NCBI RefSeq assembly: GCF_021028975.2
Contig: NC_059428.1
Coordinates: 31,124,001-31,188,000 of the forward strand
Source: Sphaerodactylus townsendi
Taxonomy: Eukaryota
Length of the DNA: 64,000 nt
Direction: 5' to 3'
The number at the start of each line of letters is the position of its first letter. Position 1 is the first letter of the stretch. Of this stretch, positions 62,433-64,000 are shown one piece after another. The translations under genes and the position numbers were made by a program. The notes beneath the pieces were generated by a model. That model saw nothing but the letters and a program-made list of their open reading frames with translations. It was not told the origin of the DNA and did not search any database.

Positions 62433-62722
62433 CAGCGGTAGGGAACCTTTAACACTCAAAGAGCCATTTGGACCCATTTTCCATGGGAAAAGAAAACACT
62501 TGGAGCCGCAAATAAGTTTTTACATTTAAAATAAAGATAACACTGTATATTTTGGGTTTTTTTACCTTTTACTCCGCTCATTCTGAGAAGCGCATGGATG
62601 CACCCGCCCTGCTGCCTGCAGGGCGGGCAAGGATGGGGCCAGCGGCTCAGGCTGGCGTGGAGCCGCAGTGCAAGGGCAGAAGAGCCGCATGCGGCTCTAG
62701 AGCCACAGGTTCCCTACCCCTG
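62433..62722. mobile_element. hAT-type MITE
   Basis: CAGCGGTAGGGAACCT / AGGTTCCCTACCCCTG; perfect TSD CACTAGTT. Confidence 0.85.
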
Positions 62723-62872
62723 CACTAGTTAAAAGGATAAAAGAGTAATTGTTTATTAGAGAAGAACATTTAGAATAGGAAAGAGAGGAAAGATAAGGCA
62801 CTCTTACCTTGCTGGCTAAAGAGAATCTGGTACTCTAGTTTCCTAGAATAAGCAGGACACTAGACCTAAGAG

Positions 62873-63100
62873 TAGAGGAAGAGTGGGATTTGTATCCTTT
62901 CTCCACCACAAGGAGCCTCAAAGTGTTTTGCAATTGCTTTCCTCCTCCCCTTCCCACAACAGACACCTTGTGAGGTAGGTGGGGCTGAGAGAGTTCACAA
63001 AGAACTGTGACGGCCCAAGGTCAACCCAGCAGGTTTCAGGTGGAGGAGTGGGGAATCAAACCTGGCTCTCCAGATTTGACCCCACCAATCTCAACCACTA
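62873..63100 (-). mobile_element. Squam3-type SINE (short form) in the solo LTR
   Basis: Core and head match. Confidence 0.7.
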
Positions 63101-63600
63101 GCTGGCTTTCTAGTCTTCTAAGGAGAGACAAGAGGTGACAGACACCAAAGGACAGAGGCAAGGAAGTAGGTATGGGGGGGGGGGGTGTTCTCGGGTTCAA
63201 AAAACCCCATTACATGTCCGAAGCTCTGCCCTGTTTGTGGGTTTTTTGTATTTTTAAAGTGTTTTTCATTTTTGGCCTGGAGGGGACACGGTTTTTAGGC
63301 TAGCAGCACCAAAATTTCAGGGATCTTTTGGAAGACTCTCCTGATGATACCACCCAGGTTTGATAAGGTTTGGTTCAGGGAGTCCACACTTATGGACTCC
63401 CAAAGTGGGTGCCCCCATCCCCAGTTCCAGAGTCGAAGCCTATACCCCTAAGCGCTGCTGGACTCCAATTCAAATGTTCTACTGCACAAAAACACGGTTT
63501 CTCCTTGGAAACATCCCATGACTGCGACATAACATAGTAGAAATACAACTTTCTCCTCTGCTTCGCATCCCTAGCAATGTCGCTCATTCCCAGGCTCAGA

Positions 63601-63906
63601 AATAATAATACGAGTTTGGATTTATACCCCACCTTTCTCTCCTGTAAGGAGACTCAAGGTGTCTTACAAGCTCCTTTCCCTTCCTCTCTCCACAACAGAC
63701 ACGTGAGGTAGTTCTCCACAACAGACACTTGAGAAAGTTCTGAAGAACTGGGACTAGCCCAAGGTCACCCAGCAGGAATGTAGGAATGCGGAAACTCATC
63801 TGGTACACCAGATAAGCCTCCGCCACTCAGGTGGAGGAGTGGGGAATCAAACCTGGTTTTACAGATTAGAATCCACCTGCTCTTAGCCATTACACCACAC
63901 TGGCTC
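63601..63906 (-). mobile_element. Squam3-type SINE
   Basis: Full-length, reverse orientation. Confidence 0.8.
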
Positions 63907-64000
63907 AGCATCTGTGCACAGGATACCTGCACCTCGTCTGGATTGACCGGGTGGTGCACACCAGGTATGGGTCTGTGTACGGAGGGGCATTATAAAGTTG

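Larger units (their letters stand above)
62390..63150 (-). mobile_element. Diverged solo-LTR-like copy related to the Copia LTRs, interrupted by a hAT MITE and a SINE
   Basis: Segments ggcagagaagtggttaatacact..., tgtttattag, agcaggacactagacctaagag and gacaagaggtgaca match the 53286/58161 LTRs. Confidence 0.6.

Overview
Vertebrate genomic DNA from a squamate reptile, probably a gecko (inferred from the Squam3/Squam2/Sauria-type SINEs). The only intact protein-coding gene is the ParaHox homeobox gene PDX1 (+ strand). It has two coding exons, 39147-39576 and 59075-59445, giving 266 aa, split by a 19.5-kb phase-1 GT-AG intron. The upstream 39 kb is intergenic. It holds CpG-rich and motif-dense non-repeat blocks, several resembling the Pdx1 enhancers Area I, II, III and IV but spread far apart, plus a CCAAT/E-box proximal promoter. 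The locus is heavily invaded by transposons: tRNA-derived SINEs; Rex1/Babar, L2, CR1, RTE-X-like and R4/Dong LINE fragments; hAT, PIF/Harbinger-like and Tc/mariner MITEs; a chromovirus fragment; and a decayed Ty1/Copia LTR element in the intron. Penelope-like inverted-repeat elements also occur, and two keep a hammerhead-ribozyme core, one on the sense strand of the PDX1 intron. The most notable points are the apparent Area II orthologue (usually described as mammal-specific), the hammerhead-bearing elements, the half-tRNA-primed Copia nest and a 2-aa insertion in the hexapeptide-homeodomain linker. Repeat-family names and enhancer identities come from recalled consensus sequences and need alignment to confirm. 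Three N-gaps are present.
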